DNA from: Fibrobacterota bacterium
Lineage (GTDB): Bacteria; Fibrobacterota; Fibrobacteria; UBA11236; JADFYW01
Direction: 5' to 3'
Length of the DNA stretch: 64,000 nucleotides
Assembly: GCA_042567505.1 (NCBI GenBank)
Contig: JBHPJW010000004.1
Coordinates: 1,151-65,150, forward strand
The notes under the pieces are model-generated. The model saw nothing but the letters and a program-made list of their open reading frames with translations. It searched no databases and was not told where the DNA came from. Below are positions 28,329 to 36,949 of this stretch, piece after piece (positions within the stretch are counted from its first letter, which is position 1; every line of letters begins with the position of its first letter). The position numbers and the translations under genes are program-made.

Positions 28329-29636
28329 GTGAAAAGTTATTCCATGACAGAAACCGTTATTTCCATTCAGGGTATAGGCAAACGCTACCGCATTGGCCTG
28401 GAAGAGGAGAAACATGATACCTTTTTCGGGAAGCTTGTGGCCCAGATAAGCGCGCCGGTACGTAATTTAAAAAAGCTTAAAAGCCTGACCTCTTTTAAAA
28501 AAACAGCGGACGGGGAATCGGAAGATATAATCTGGGCGCTGAAAAATGTTTCTTTCGATATTTTCCAGGGTGAGATAGTAGGGCTGATAGGGCTGAATGG
28601 GGCGGGGAAGTCCACCCTTCTTAAAATTTTATCAAAGATAACTGTTCCGACAAACGGGAAGGCTACGATTAAAGGGAGAATCGGCAGTTTGCTGGAGGTG
28701 GGCACAGGATTCCATCCGGAATTGACGGGACGGGAAAATGTCTACCTGAACGGCACTATCCTGGGAATGAGCAAAAAGGAAATTGACAGGAAGTTTGAGG
28801 AGATTGTGGAATTCTCAGAAGTGGGGAAATTCATTGATACTCCGGTAAAGAGGTATTCCTCCGGAATGAGGGTTAGACTGGGATTTTCGGTAGCCGCCCA
28901 TCTTGACCCGGAAATCCTTCTCATCGATGAAGTGCTGGCGGTTGGTGATGTGGCGTTCCAGCAGAAATGCCTGGGGAAAATGGGAGACGTTGCCACGGAG
29001 GGGCGGACAGTGGTGTTCGTCAGCCATAACATGGAGATGATCCAGCGTCTGTGCCCCCGCACCATCCTGCTTGAAAATGGAGAGAAGAAAGGCGATGGGG
29101 ACACGAATGATATCATCAGCATGTATTTTAATCAGCCGTTCTTAAAAGTAAAGAAAAGCGATTCACTCTATGACGCCCCGCGAAAAAAGCAATACGGAAA
29201 GCTCATAAGGTTTACGTCTTGCATGATATTAAACGCGCAAGGAGAAAATGAAAACGCCTTGCGGCTGGGAGAGCCCTTTACCATAGTTATGGAGGCGGTT
29301 GCCCTGAAGGATATGCTGCATGTGGATTTCAGCATCTTCATAGAGACGTCAACGCGAATCATGGTCAATTCACATTATGTACATGAAAGCAACAAACTTC
29401 TCGACATAAAAAAAGGACAGACTGTTAAAATATCTTTTTTCTATGACCAGTTTATCCTTAACACCGGGAAATATGTGATAACCACAGCTGCATACCAGAA
29501 CAAATGGGCGATAGATGTTATCTGGGCGGCAACCGAGTTTGAGATTTCAAAGATAAATTATTCCAAAGCACAGCATTTCCTCCCCACGAACGGACTGATT
29601 CGGCATAATCCCGAGGTAAATATTTCGAAAGAATAA
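28329..29636 (+). CDS. wzt: Polysaccharide ABC exporter ATP-binding protein (Wzt) with a ~190-aa C-terminal extension
   Basis: Walker A GLNGAGKST, signature YSSGMRVRLGFS and Walker B ILLIDEVLAVGD. An additional C-terminal domain starts at about residue 250. GTG start, with an alternative ATG at 28344. Confidence 0.85.
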   Translation: MKSYSMTETVISIQGIGKRYRIGLEEEKHDTFFGKLVAQISAPVRNLKKLKSLTSFKKTADGESEDIIWALKNVSFDIFQGEIVGLIGLNGAGKSTLLKILSKITVPTNGKATIKGRIGSLLEVGTGFHPELTGRENVYLNGTILGMSKKEIDRKFEEIVEFSEVGKFIDTPVKRYSSGMRVRLGFSVAAHLDPEILLIDEVLAVGDVAFQQKCLGKMGDVATEGRTVVFVSHNMEMIQRLCPRTILLENGEKKGDGDTNDIISMYFNQPFLKVKKSDSLYDAPRKKQYGKLIRFTSCMILNAQGENENALRLGEPFTIVMEAVALKDMLHVDFSIFIETSTRIMVNSHYVHESNKLLDIKKGQTVKISFFYDQFILNTGKYVITTAAYQNKWAIDVIWAATEFEISKINYSKAQHFLPTNGLIRHNPEVNISKE

Positions 29637-29708
29637 AAAATGCCCGGAAATAAATATGAAAAAGCAGGCTTAGCGGAAGATGGGAAGAACTAAGAAGAGA
29701 GAGGCATT

Positions 29709-30677
29709 ATGCTTTTTAAAATAATGTCAAAATTATACCATCATTCACCTAAGGAGGTGGTCCAGGCAATATTCCGCCATTTCCGGATTTCCGGAAATGA
29801 ATCCGGCGTGTCTTCCGCAAACTTGGGAGAGGAAACGCTGGAGGCTGAAATCAGGAGGTCTTTTGAGCGGTACACGACTAAGAACCTGAAAGGGATAGAA
29901 TCAAACGCGTTTCGGTCGTATGTGGAGTCGTCAATTAACTCGGGAATAAGCGATAGCCATACCGAAGATATGTCTGTTGTATTTAAATGGGGGCACAACC
30001 ATGATTTTGGGGAATTCTCCGTCCAGGGGGCAATGGGGGACAGGCACATTAATCTTATGAAAACCATGTGCGGCAGGTTTCCCGTTTCTCTGAAGGACTT
30101 TAATGGAAAAGACGTCCTGGATATCGGGTGCTGGACCGGAGGAACTACTCTTCTTATGGCGGCTCTTGGGAGCCGGGTGCTTGCCATCGAGCCGGTTAAA
30201 AAATCCGCTGAGATGGCCTCTTTTCTGGTAAAGTCATTCGGCATTGAAAGCAAGGTTGACGTTCACCCTGTTTCAATTTATTCATTGGATGCGGAATCCT
30301 TTTACGACCGGTTTGACCTCATTTTATTTCCCGGAGTGATATATCACCTCACAGATCCGGTGATAGCTTTGAGGGTGCTTTTTAATTCCTGCCGGGTACA
30401 TGGCCAGATCCTGGTGGAATCGGCAGGCATAAACAGCCGGGAGCCTTATCTGTTGTTCAAAGGCGGATATGTGTACGATCAAAAAAAGAAGGAATACCAA
30501 CGAAGAAACTGGAACTGGTTCCGGCCTTCTCCTGCCGCAATGCATAATATGTTAAGAGAAGTCGGTTTTGACGAAGTCCAGACGTTCTTTCGGGAAGGCA
30601 GGGTGTATGGGTATGGGAAAAAACTTTCGGAAGTTCAGATGCGCCGGGACGGATTGTCAATTCCCGAAATAAAATAG
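29709..30677 (+). CDS. Class I SAM methyltransferase (CmoB/DUF1698-like)
   Basis: WGHNHDFGEF segment, then motif I VLDIGCWTGGTTLLMA and LFPGVIYHLTDP. Confidence 0.65.
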   Translation: MLFKIMSKLYHHSPKEVVQAIFRHFRISGNESGVSSANLGEETLEAEIRRSFERYTTKNLKGIESNAFRSYVESSINSGISDSHTEDMSVVFKWGHNHDFGEFSVQGAMGDRHINLMKTMCGRFPVSLKDFNGKDVLDIGCWTGGTTLLMAALGSRVLAIEPVKKSAEMASFLVKSFGIESKVDVHPVSIYSLDAESFYDRFDLILFPGVIYHLTDPVIALRVLFNSCRVHGQILVESAGINSREPYLLFKGGYVYDQKKKEYQRRNWNWFRPSPAAMHNMLREVGFDEVQTFFREGRVYGYGKKLSEVQMRRDGLSIPEIK

Positions 30678-30722
30678 CGTTATTTCTAAAAAATAAATAC
30701 CTAATCAACAAAAAGAAAAGAA

Positions 30723-31592
30723 ATGGAAAAAACATATACCTATTTACGGGATCTAAGAATAAGAGACAAGCTGTTTTTAGCAGTCTTCATGTTCATTTCT
30801 ATATGCATGCTTGCTGCCGGATGGTTTTTCTGGGGCGAACAATCTTTGGCGGTAATAATTTCGTTAATGATAGCAGTTTTGCTGACAGTTCAGATTTTCT
30901 ATTATCGCAGGAATCAAAGGCGCGTACAGGAGATGCATGAAGATTTATACAATCAAAATAATAATCATTACAGACAGATTGAATCAATGTTCTCAATTTT
31001 TTCTGTCTTAAAAATTAATCGTCCTCTGCCGCCTATGGGAGTGTGGTCGGTAGAGCCGGATTTTTTATCCCACTTGACCACTCTCATTCTCTCCGAGAGG
31101 CCGGCGTTGATTCTTGAAGCAAGTAGCGGAGTCTCAACCCTGGTTTCTTCCTATTGCTTAAAGAAACTGGGGTTGGGATCTATAGTATCGCTTGAACATG
31201 AAGAAGGTTATGCCAGAAAATGTCAGAGGGCAATAAGAGAACATGAATTGGAGGATATCGCCACGGTCCTTCATGCTCCGCTGAAAGAACATGAAATTAA
31301 AGGAAAGAGTTGGATGTGGTATGATACTTCCCAAATTGAAAAAATCGGTGTCATTGATATGATGATAGTGGACGGGCCGCCCAGAAATATCCAGCGGCAG
31401 TCGAGATATCCCGCTGTCCCCTTGTTAATTGAAAAAATGAAAGAACATGCTTTACTAATACTTGATGACGGAAGACAGGATGATATAAAAGAAATGGCCG
31501 CAATGTGGCAGGACGAGTTTCAATGCTTTGAATGCGAGACAATTAAAAGTAAAAATGAAATTATCGTTCTGCGAAAAATAGCGAAAAAATAA
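30723..31592 (+). CDS. Membrane-anchored class I methyltransferase-like protein
   Basis: Two N-terminal TM spans, then ILEASSGVSTLVSSYCL...SLEHEEGY...MIVDGPP, resembling the O-methyltransferase family 3 / Methyltransf_24 fold. Confidence 0.5.
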   Translation: MEKTYTYLRDLRIRDKLFLAVFMFISICMLAAGWFFWGEQSLAVIISLMIAVLLTVQIFYYRRNQRRVQEMHEDLYNQNNNHYRQIESMFSIFSVLKINRPLPPMGVWSVEPDFLSHLTTLILSERPALILEASSGVSTLVSSYCLKKLGLGSIVSLEHEEGYARKCQRAIREHELEDIATVLHAPLKEHEIKGKSWMWYDTSQIEKIGVIDMMIVDGPPRNIQRQSRYPAVPLLIEKMKEHALLILDDGRQDDIKEMAAMWQDEFQCFECETIKSKNEIIVLRKIAKK

Positions 31593-32566
31593 TGATACCA
31601 TTTGAGCTGCCTGGAAAGGCAATAAGGTTGCCTGAAACGGAAGACCATTCGATAGTGCTGATTACCGGGAACAGTTTGAGACATAAAAGGTTTGCACTCA
31701 GGCTGCAACAGGAGTTTGGGGATTTGGTAAGCGCCTGGTTTGAAATCGAAAGAAAACCGAAGAGTGAAAAGCTGGTTGGTAAGATAAATGTAAAGACGAT
31801 GCTGTATGTATTCATGAAAAAAACAGGATCGTATAAGTATTATTTTTTTATAAAAAATTGCGCTTATTTAATGAAGAGAAAAAAAAGCATTAATGCCTTC
31901 AAAATTATAAAGTCTGTTCAAGAAATAATGAGAAATGAACATGAGTTGCAGATGTACAGGAAAGAATTTAAACAGGCGGAAACGAGATTGTTTGCAAAAG
32001 AAGTCGCGAAGCTGAAGAAAGCCGTAAAAAAAGAACCGATTAAAATATCTAATCCGAATAGCCAGGAATTTTTAAAACAAATCAGGAATTTGTCCCCATA
32101 TTTTTTTTTAACCTTAAGCGGTCCGCTATACAAAGGGACGCTCCTGGATGCGGTTAGAGGAGTCTGCATAAACCAGCATGCGGGGCATTCGCCGGATATC
32201 AAGGGAACACGGACTATCGAGTGGGCCTTATATCGGCGAAGTCTCGAGTTCATTAGCAGTACGGTCCACCTGACCAGCACCGGAGCTGACTCCGGCCCGA
32301 TTTTGAGGCGTTCGCAGCCTTGCCTCCTGCCTTCGGATGATCCGGGAGCCTGTTTCGCCAGGGTAGTCGCCTTGGGCACCGAGATGATGATCGAAGTTGT
32401 TCGCGACATCATTGAGTGCAAGGAGGTTATAGTATTTGAGCAGCCCTTGGGAAGGGGGAAAACGTATTTGGGAAAAGACATGAAGGACTTCATCATAAGG
32501 AGAATTCACAACGATCACCAGAACGGATGGCTGAGGAAGGAAAAGGAAAGGATGCGTGAATTTTAA
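31592..32566 (+). CDS. Formyltransferase-family protein (sugar N-formyltransferase candidate) with a large Lys-rich insertion
   Basis: IVLITGNSLRH N-terminal strand. Catalytic-type INQHAGHSPDIKG (N-x-H) and STVHLTSTGADSGPIL (the Asp region). About 90 extra residues lie between the first strand and the N-x-H motif. Confidence 0.55.
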   Translation: MIPFELPGKAIRLPETEDHSIVLITGNSLRHKRFALRLQQEFGDLVSAWFEIERKPKSEKLVGKINVKTMLYVFMKKTGSYKYYFFIKNCAYLMKRKKSINAFKIIKSVQEIMRNEHELQMYRKEFKQAETRLFAKEVAKLKKAVKKEPIKISNPNSQEFLKQIRNLSPYFFLTLSGPLYKGTLLDAVRGVCINQHAGHSPDIKGTRTIEWALYRRSLEFISSTVHLTSTGADSGPILRRSQPCLLPSDDPGACFARVVALGTEMMIEVVRDIIECKEVIVFEQPLGRGKTYLGKDMKDFIIRRIHNDHQNGWLRKEKERMREF

Positions 32567-32622
32567 TCGGCGATTTGGGATCTGTATATTTTAGCGCCTT
32601 AAAAGGAACATCGGGATAAAGC

Positions 32623-33537
32623 GTGCCAACAAAAAAGACTCACTGGATAATTCTTTTATATCATGATGTGTCCTGGGAGGAAAATTCCTTTATCAACAGG
32701 ATTGGAGGGACTTGCCCACCAGATATCTTCAGGGAACACTTGGATATCATCTCGTCGTATGGAAACATCGTTTCCATAAAGGAGGGGCTTGAGTCGACAT
32801 TGAAAAATGAATCTGCTGACGTGCTGTTCAGTTTCTGGTTTGATGACGGTTTTCGTGGCGTTAGGAAATATGCTATGCCGTATCTTAACGAATTTGGAGT
32901 GACAGGAGCAATATCGATTTGCAGTAAATTCATCTCAAAGGAGGACCTGTTTTGGCGTTCAAAATTGTCTTTTATCGCAGAAGTGGATGGGATGCGGTTC
33001 TTGAGATCCAAATTGAAGCAGGAGGGCTATGCCATTACCACGTCTGTAAGAGATTTTGTCATGGACAATATTTCCGGGGGAATAATCCGGAAAATTGATG
33101 AGGTGTATAAACTGTTTGCGAATGACATTGTGCAAATGGATGCGTTCAGGATATTCGATGATGTTGCCGGCATTAAAAAGCTTCATGCAAACGGCTGGGT
33201 TATTGCCAACCATACAGCTTCCCATTTTCCTATCTCGGAGAATAATTTTTTGCATAAGTCGCTTGAGGAATTTTATGAATGCGATAAGTTCGCACAAACA
33301 CATATGAATATTGACCCTGAGTTCTGGGTGGTTCCGTTTGACAGGGCCGCGAAAAGGTCGGAAAAGTTCCGGTCTTTATTTGAATCGTCCAGAAGCGGCA
33401 AACACCTTGTTTATGTTGGAAATAGACCAAACACCAGGGAAAATTTATCCCGGAAAAAGTTGTTTCGGTTCGGAGCAAAAATCCTGGCGGAGAAGGAGTT
33501 CAAGGAAGCTGTGGAAATAATCTTAAGTGGTTTATGA
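32623..33537 (+). CDS. Polysaccharide deacetylase (NodB-homology) family protein
   Basis: FWFDDGFRGV (the TFDDG-type motif) and NHTASH (H-S/T-x-x-H). GTG start. Confidence 0.7.
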   Translation: MPTKKTHWIILLYHDVSWEENSFINRIGGTCPPDIFREHLDIISSYGNIVSIKEGLESTLKNESADVLFSFWFDDGFRGVRKYAMPYLNEFGVTGAISICSKFISKEDLFWRSKLSFIAEVDGMRFLRSKLKQEGYAITTSVRDFVMDNISGGIIRKIDEVYKLFANDIVQMDAFRIFDDVAGIKKLHANGWVIANHTASHFPISENNFLHKSLEEFYECDKFAQTHMNIDPEFWVVPFDRAAKRSEKFRSLFESSRSGKHLVYVGNRPNTRENLSRKKLFRFGAKILAEKEFKEAVEIILSGL

Positions 33538-34667
33538 AAAAAAGAATACCATTCAATAAAACATTTATTACCGGAAAAGAATCCGGCTATATTTCGCGTT
33601 CGGTTAAAAAGGGGGAAATTGAAGGGGGAGGCGTATTTGCCCGGAAATGCGAGAAATGGCTTGAGAACGTACTGAAAACAAAGAAAGCTTATCTTACCAA
33701 TTCCTGTACCGCGGGAATGGAGATGGCGGCTCTTTTGATGGGAGTTAAACGCTCTCATGAAATCCTTATGCCGTCTTTTACGTTCACCTCAACTGCGAAT
33801 GCCTTTTTATTGCGGGGAGCGGTTCCGGTGTTTATAGACATACGGGAAGACACACTGAACATAAACGAAGATAAAATTGAAGAGAGAATTTCAGAAAAGA
33901 CAAAAGCCATTTGTCCTGTCCATTATGCCGGTATCGGATGTGAAATGGAGAAAATTTTAAAGATTGCCCGAAAAAACCATCTCCTGATTGTTGAAGACGC
34001 GGCTCATGCTGCTATGGCGAGATACAAAAAGAAATATCTGGGAACTATAGGAGACATCGGTGTATACAGTTTCCATAACACAAAGAATATCAGTTCAGGT
34101 GAAGGCGGAGCGATTTTAATTAACAATCTTGAATATATAGAAAGAGCGGAAGTAATAAGGGAAAAAGGCACTAACCGGAATAAGTTCCTACGGGGCGAAG
34201 TTGATAAATACGAATGGGTCGATATAGGAAGCAGTTTTTTAGTCTCTGAGATTATCGCCGCTTATCTCTATGCCCAGCTTGAAAAAGGGGACATGATTAC
34301 CAAAAAAAGGGTGGATTGTTGGAATAATTATTATCATGGTTTGAAAAATCTGGGAAAGAAAGGTGACTTGACACTGCCTAGTGTGCCGGCAGGATGCCGT
34401 CATAACGGCCATATTTTTTATCTCCTGACAGAAAATCGGAAAATCCGGGATGCATTAAAAGATCACCTGTCCAAAAAAGGCATTCAGGCGGTTTTTCATT
34501 ATGTTCCATTGCACTTATCTCCCATGGGCAAGTCGCTGGGGTACAGGGAAGGGCAGTTGAAAACAACAGAATCAATCAGCAAGCGTATGCTCAGATTGCC
34601 ATTATATCCTTCCTTATCAAAAAGCGACCAGCAGTATATCATAAAGGCCGTCAAGGGCTTTTTCTAA
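33534..34667 (+). CDS. WecE/RffA-family dTDP-4-keto-6-deoxyhexose aminotransferase
   Basis: N-terminus RIPFNKTFITGKESGYI...GGGVFARKCEKWLE parallels the E. coli WecE N-terminus. Also has EDAAHA and the PLP-lysine context YSFHNTKNISSGEGG. ATGA overlap with the upstream gene. Confidence 0.8.
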   Translation: MKKRIPFNKTFITGKESGYISRSVKKGEIEGGGVFARKCEKWLENVLKTKKAYLTNSCTAGMEMAALLMGVKRSHEILMPSFTFTSTANAFLLRGAVPVFIDIREDTLNINEDKIEERISEKTKAICPVHYAGIGCEMEKILKIARKNHLLIVEDAAHAAMARYKKKYLGTIGDIGVYSFHNTKNISSGEGGAILINNLEYIERAEVIREKGTNRNKFLRGEVDKYEWVDIGSSFLVSEIIAAYLYAQLEKGDMITKKRVDCWNNYYHGLKNLGKKGDLTLPSVPAGCRHNGHIFYLLTENRKIRDALKDHLSKKGIQAVFHYVPLHLSPMGKSLGYREGQLKTTESISKRMLRLPLYPSLSKSDQQYIIKAVKGFF

Positions 34668-34695
34668 AAATCAGCAATTAAAGAGAAGAAGCGTT

Positions 34696-35616
34696 TTGGC
34701 CCCGGGCCCACTGATTACCATCGGCATTACCGCCTATAACGAAGGAGCATGGCTGCAGGAATGCTGGGAATCCGTGGTTGCGCAAAATTCTCAGCAATGG
34801 CAATCGGTAATGGTTTTAGACGGTGGAGCGGATAAAAAAACAAAAAGGATTTTTAAAAACATCTCACACGCCAAACTTAAGAAAATTGAGTTGACTGAGA
34901 ATTCCGGCCCTTATCCGGCAAGAACTGAAGCTATTAAAAACGCTGAAACTCCATGGTATTTTCATGTAGATGCCGATGACAGGCTGCCAGTTGACGCCGT
35001 GGAAAAATTGAGCGAATTGATAGCAAACAATCCCGGCGCTGAATACATAGCGGGAGATTGCCTGATGTTTGGCATTGGGCAGGATCGGGTAATACCGAGT
35101 GAGGTTTTCGATTATACTGACCAAGATGCAGAGTTGGTTCTTTTGGGGACCAGCCCTATCCGGGTATCGTTATTTAGGAAAGTGGGTGGATTTGAACCGG
35201 CATTGTACCGGGGAGGGGCTGATTTCGATTTCTGGGTCGGGGTCGCGGAGCTCGAAGTGGAAGGCGCCAGGGTAGAAGAGGTAATATATGAAAGAAGAAA
35301 CAGGAAAACGGGAAACGTAGGGACAAGTTGGGCGCTGAGGAAGGATAAAGTCGCTGATATCATACTCAAAAGGCATCCAAAATATTTTTCCGCAGGGCAG
35401 AGGAAACGAAGATATCTGCGGAAGAATTACTATATGATGGCAAGAACATGCAGGGCCGCAAAGCGGTACGCCCTGGCGGCTGGTTATGCCGAAAAAGCTC
35501 TTGAGTATGGATGTGATTTTAAAACAGTAGCCACCATCATCAGAGAAAAGAACCTGCCCAGATGGAGGATATATATAAGATTTATGCTGCAGGGGATGAA
35601 ATCGCTGTTCAAATAG
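34696..35616 (+). CDS. GT2-family glycosyltransferase
   Basis: ITIGITAYNEGAWL and HVDADD (DxD). The conserved N-terminus requires the TTG start. Confidence 0.75.
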   Translation: MAPGPLITIGITAYNEGAWLQECWESVVAQNSQQWQSVMVLDGGADKKTKRIFKNISHAKLKKIELTENSGPYPARTEAIKNAETPWYFHVDADDRLPVDAVEKLSELIANNPGAEYIAGDCLMFGIGQDRVIPSEVFDYTDQDAELVLLGTSPIRVSLFRKVGGFEPALYRGGADFDFWVGVAELEVEGARVEEVIYERRNRKTGNVGTSWALRKDKVADIILKRHPKYFSAGQRKRRYLRKNYYMMARTCRAAKRYALAAGYAEKALEYGCDFKTVATIIREKNLPRWRIYIRFMLQGMKSLFK

Positions 35617-35732
35617 CCTGGCAAAGAGCAGGCATGTCTCAGGGGACGGTAGCAGAGCCGGGGAAATGCAGGCCATGCGGCCGTTCCATGAGAAAGAGTT
35701 GGCAATAACCTGCAGGTACTTCTTTCGGTATC

Positions 35733-36917
35733 TTGAAAATCGCGTACCTGAATACCAGCCTGAATCCGGGTGGGGTCGCCACGTTGATGAAAAATCTGCT
35801 GCCCGAACTCGTCAAGCATGGTGTACATAGTGAACTCATCCTCACCCGGCAGCGGGGATTGCTGGCCGAGGTAATTGAGAAAGAAGGATATAAGGTCCAC
35901 CAATGTTTGCAGCATTGGCGATACAAATTTCCCTTATCGGACAAACTCGGGAAAAAGATCCGCGAGAGCGCAAAATGGTCCTTCTGGATCAGGCTGGCGA
36001 AGGTAATCAGGAAAATCAAGCCGGATATAGTGCATAGCAATGCTCATGGCATGTTGTGCACCTCCCAACTGCTTGGCGCCCGGATGGCCGGCGTGCCGTT
36101 TGTTTTGCGGATTGGCTCGCCCAGCAGCACCTACCAGTCCACCTGGAGAGGTAAAGACCTGTTCTGCCGCCTTTTGAGGCCCTGCGACAGGATTTTCGGA
36201 GTGAGCAAAAGTATATACGACGCTTATCCCGATTTTCTTGGAAAGGCCGGCAATAACGTAGTGGCTTCTGATGAGGGGATACCTAATGGCATTGCCGATC
36301 CGGGATTAAGAAACCAGGATCATAATCTTAACATAAGATCGGAATTGGGTATTCCCCGGGAAGATATCGTTTTGGGAAGCATAGGCAGGTTTGTTCCGGA
36401 AAAACAGTATCAGGACCTGATTGCGGCGGCCGCTAATATTATTAAGTCAGGCAGCCCGGTCCATCTTATCCTGGTGGGCTCAGGTTCATACTTATACGCT
36501 CTGAAAAACATCACCAGGGAGCTCGACCTGTCTGCTCGCGTGCATTTTGTCGGCGCTCAGACAAATCCGTCACATTGGTTGAATGTCATGGACATGTTTG
36601 TCTATTCGTCAGAATTCGAGGCGTTTCCGAATTCTATCCTGGAAGCCATGGCGCAGGGGATTCCTGTGATAGCCTCAAACGTGTACGGCAACAGGGACTT
36701 GATCCGGCATGAAGAGAACGGCCTGCTGTACCCTGGTTCAGACAGGGCCGCTTTGACCGCGTCTATCCAGCGTCTGATAGATGCTCCTGAGTTGAAAGAA
36801 AGGTTATGGCAACGCGCCAGGCGCGATTATCTGGAAAAATACCAGGTCTCGATATGCGCCCAGAACTATTTGAACCTGTATGAGGCCATGCTGGCGCAAA
36901 AGAACGGGAACAATTGA
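35733..36917 (+). CDS. GT4-family glycosyltransferase
   Basis: MKIAYLNTSLNPGGV N-terminus, and SSEFEAFPNSILEAMAQGIPVIASNVYG (E-x7-E). TTG start. Confidence 0.8.
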   Translation: MKIAYLNTSLNPGGVATLMKNLLPELVKHGVHSELILTRQRGLLAEVIEKEGYKVHQCLQHWRYKFPLSDKLGKKIRESAKWSFWIRLAKVIRKIKPDIVHSNAHGMLCTSQLLGARMAGVPFVLRIGSPSSTYQSTWRGKDLFCRLLRPCDRIFGVSKSIYDAYPDFLGKAGNNVVASDEGIPNGIADPGLRNQDHNLNIRSELGIPREDIVLGSIGRFVPEKQYQDLIAAAANIIKSGSPVHLILVGSGSYLYALKNITRELDLSARVHFVGAQTNPSHWLNVMDMFVYSSEFEAFPNSILEAMAQGIPVIASNVYGNRDLIRHEENGLLYPGSDRAALTASIQRLIDAPELKERLWQRARRDYLEKYQVSICAQNYLNLYEAMLAQKNGNN

Positions 36918-36949
36918 CATTTTACCTGTTTCCGGAGAACGTCTGAAAA

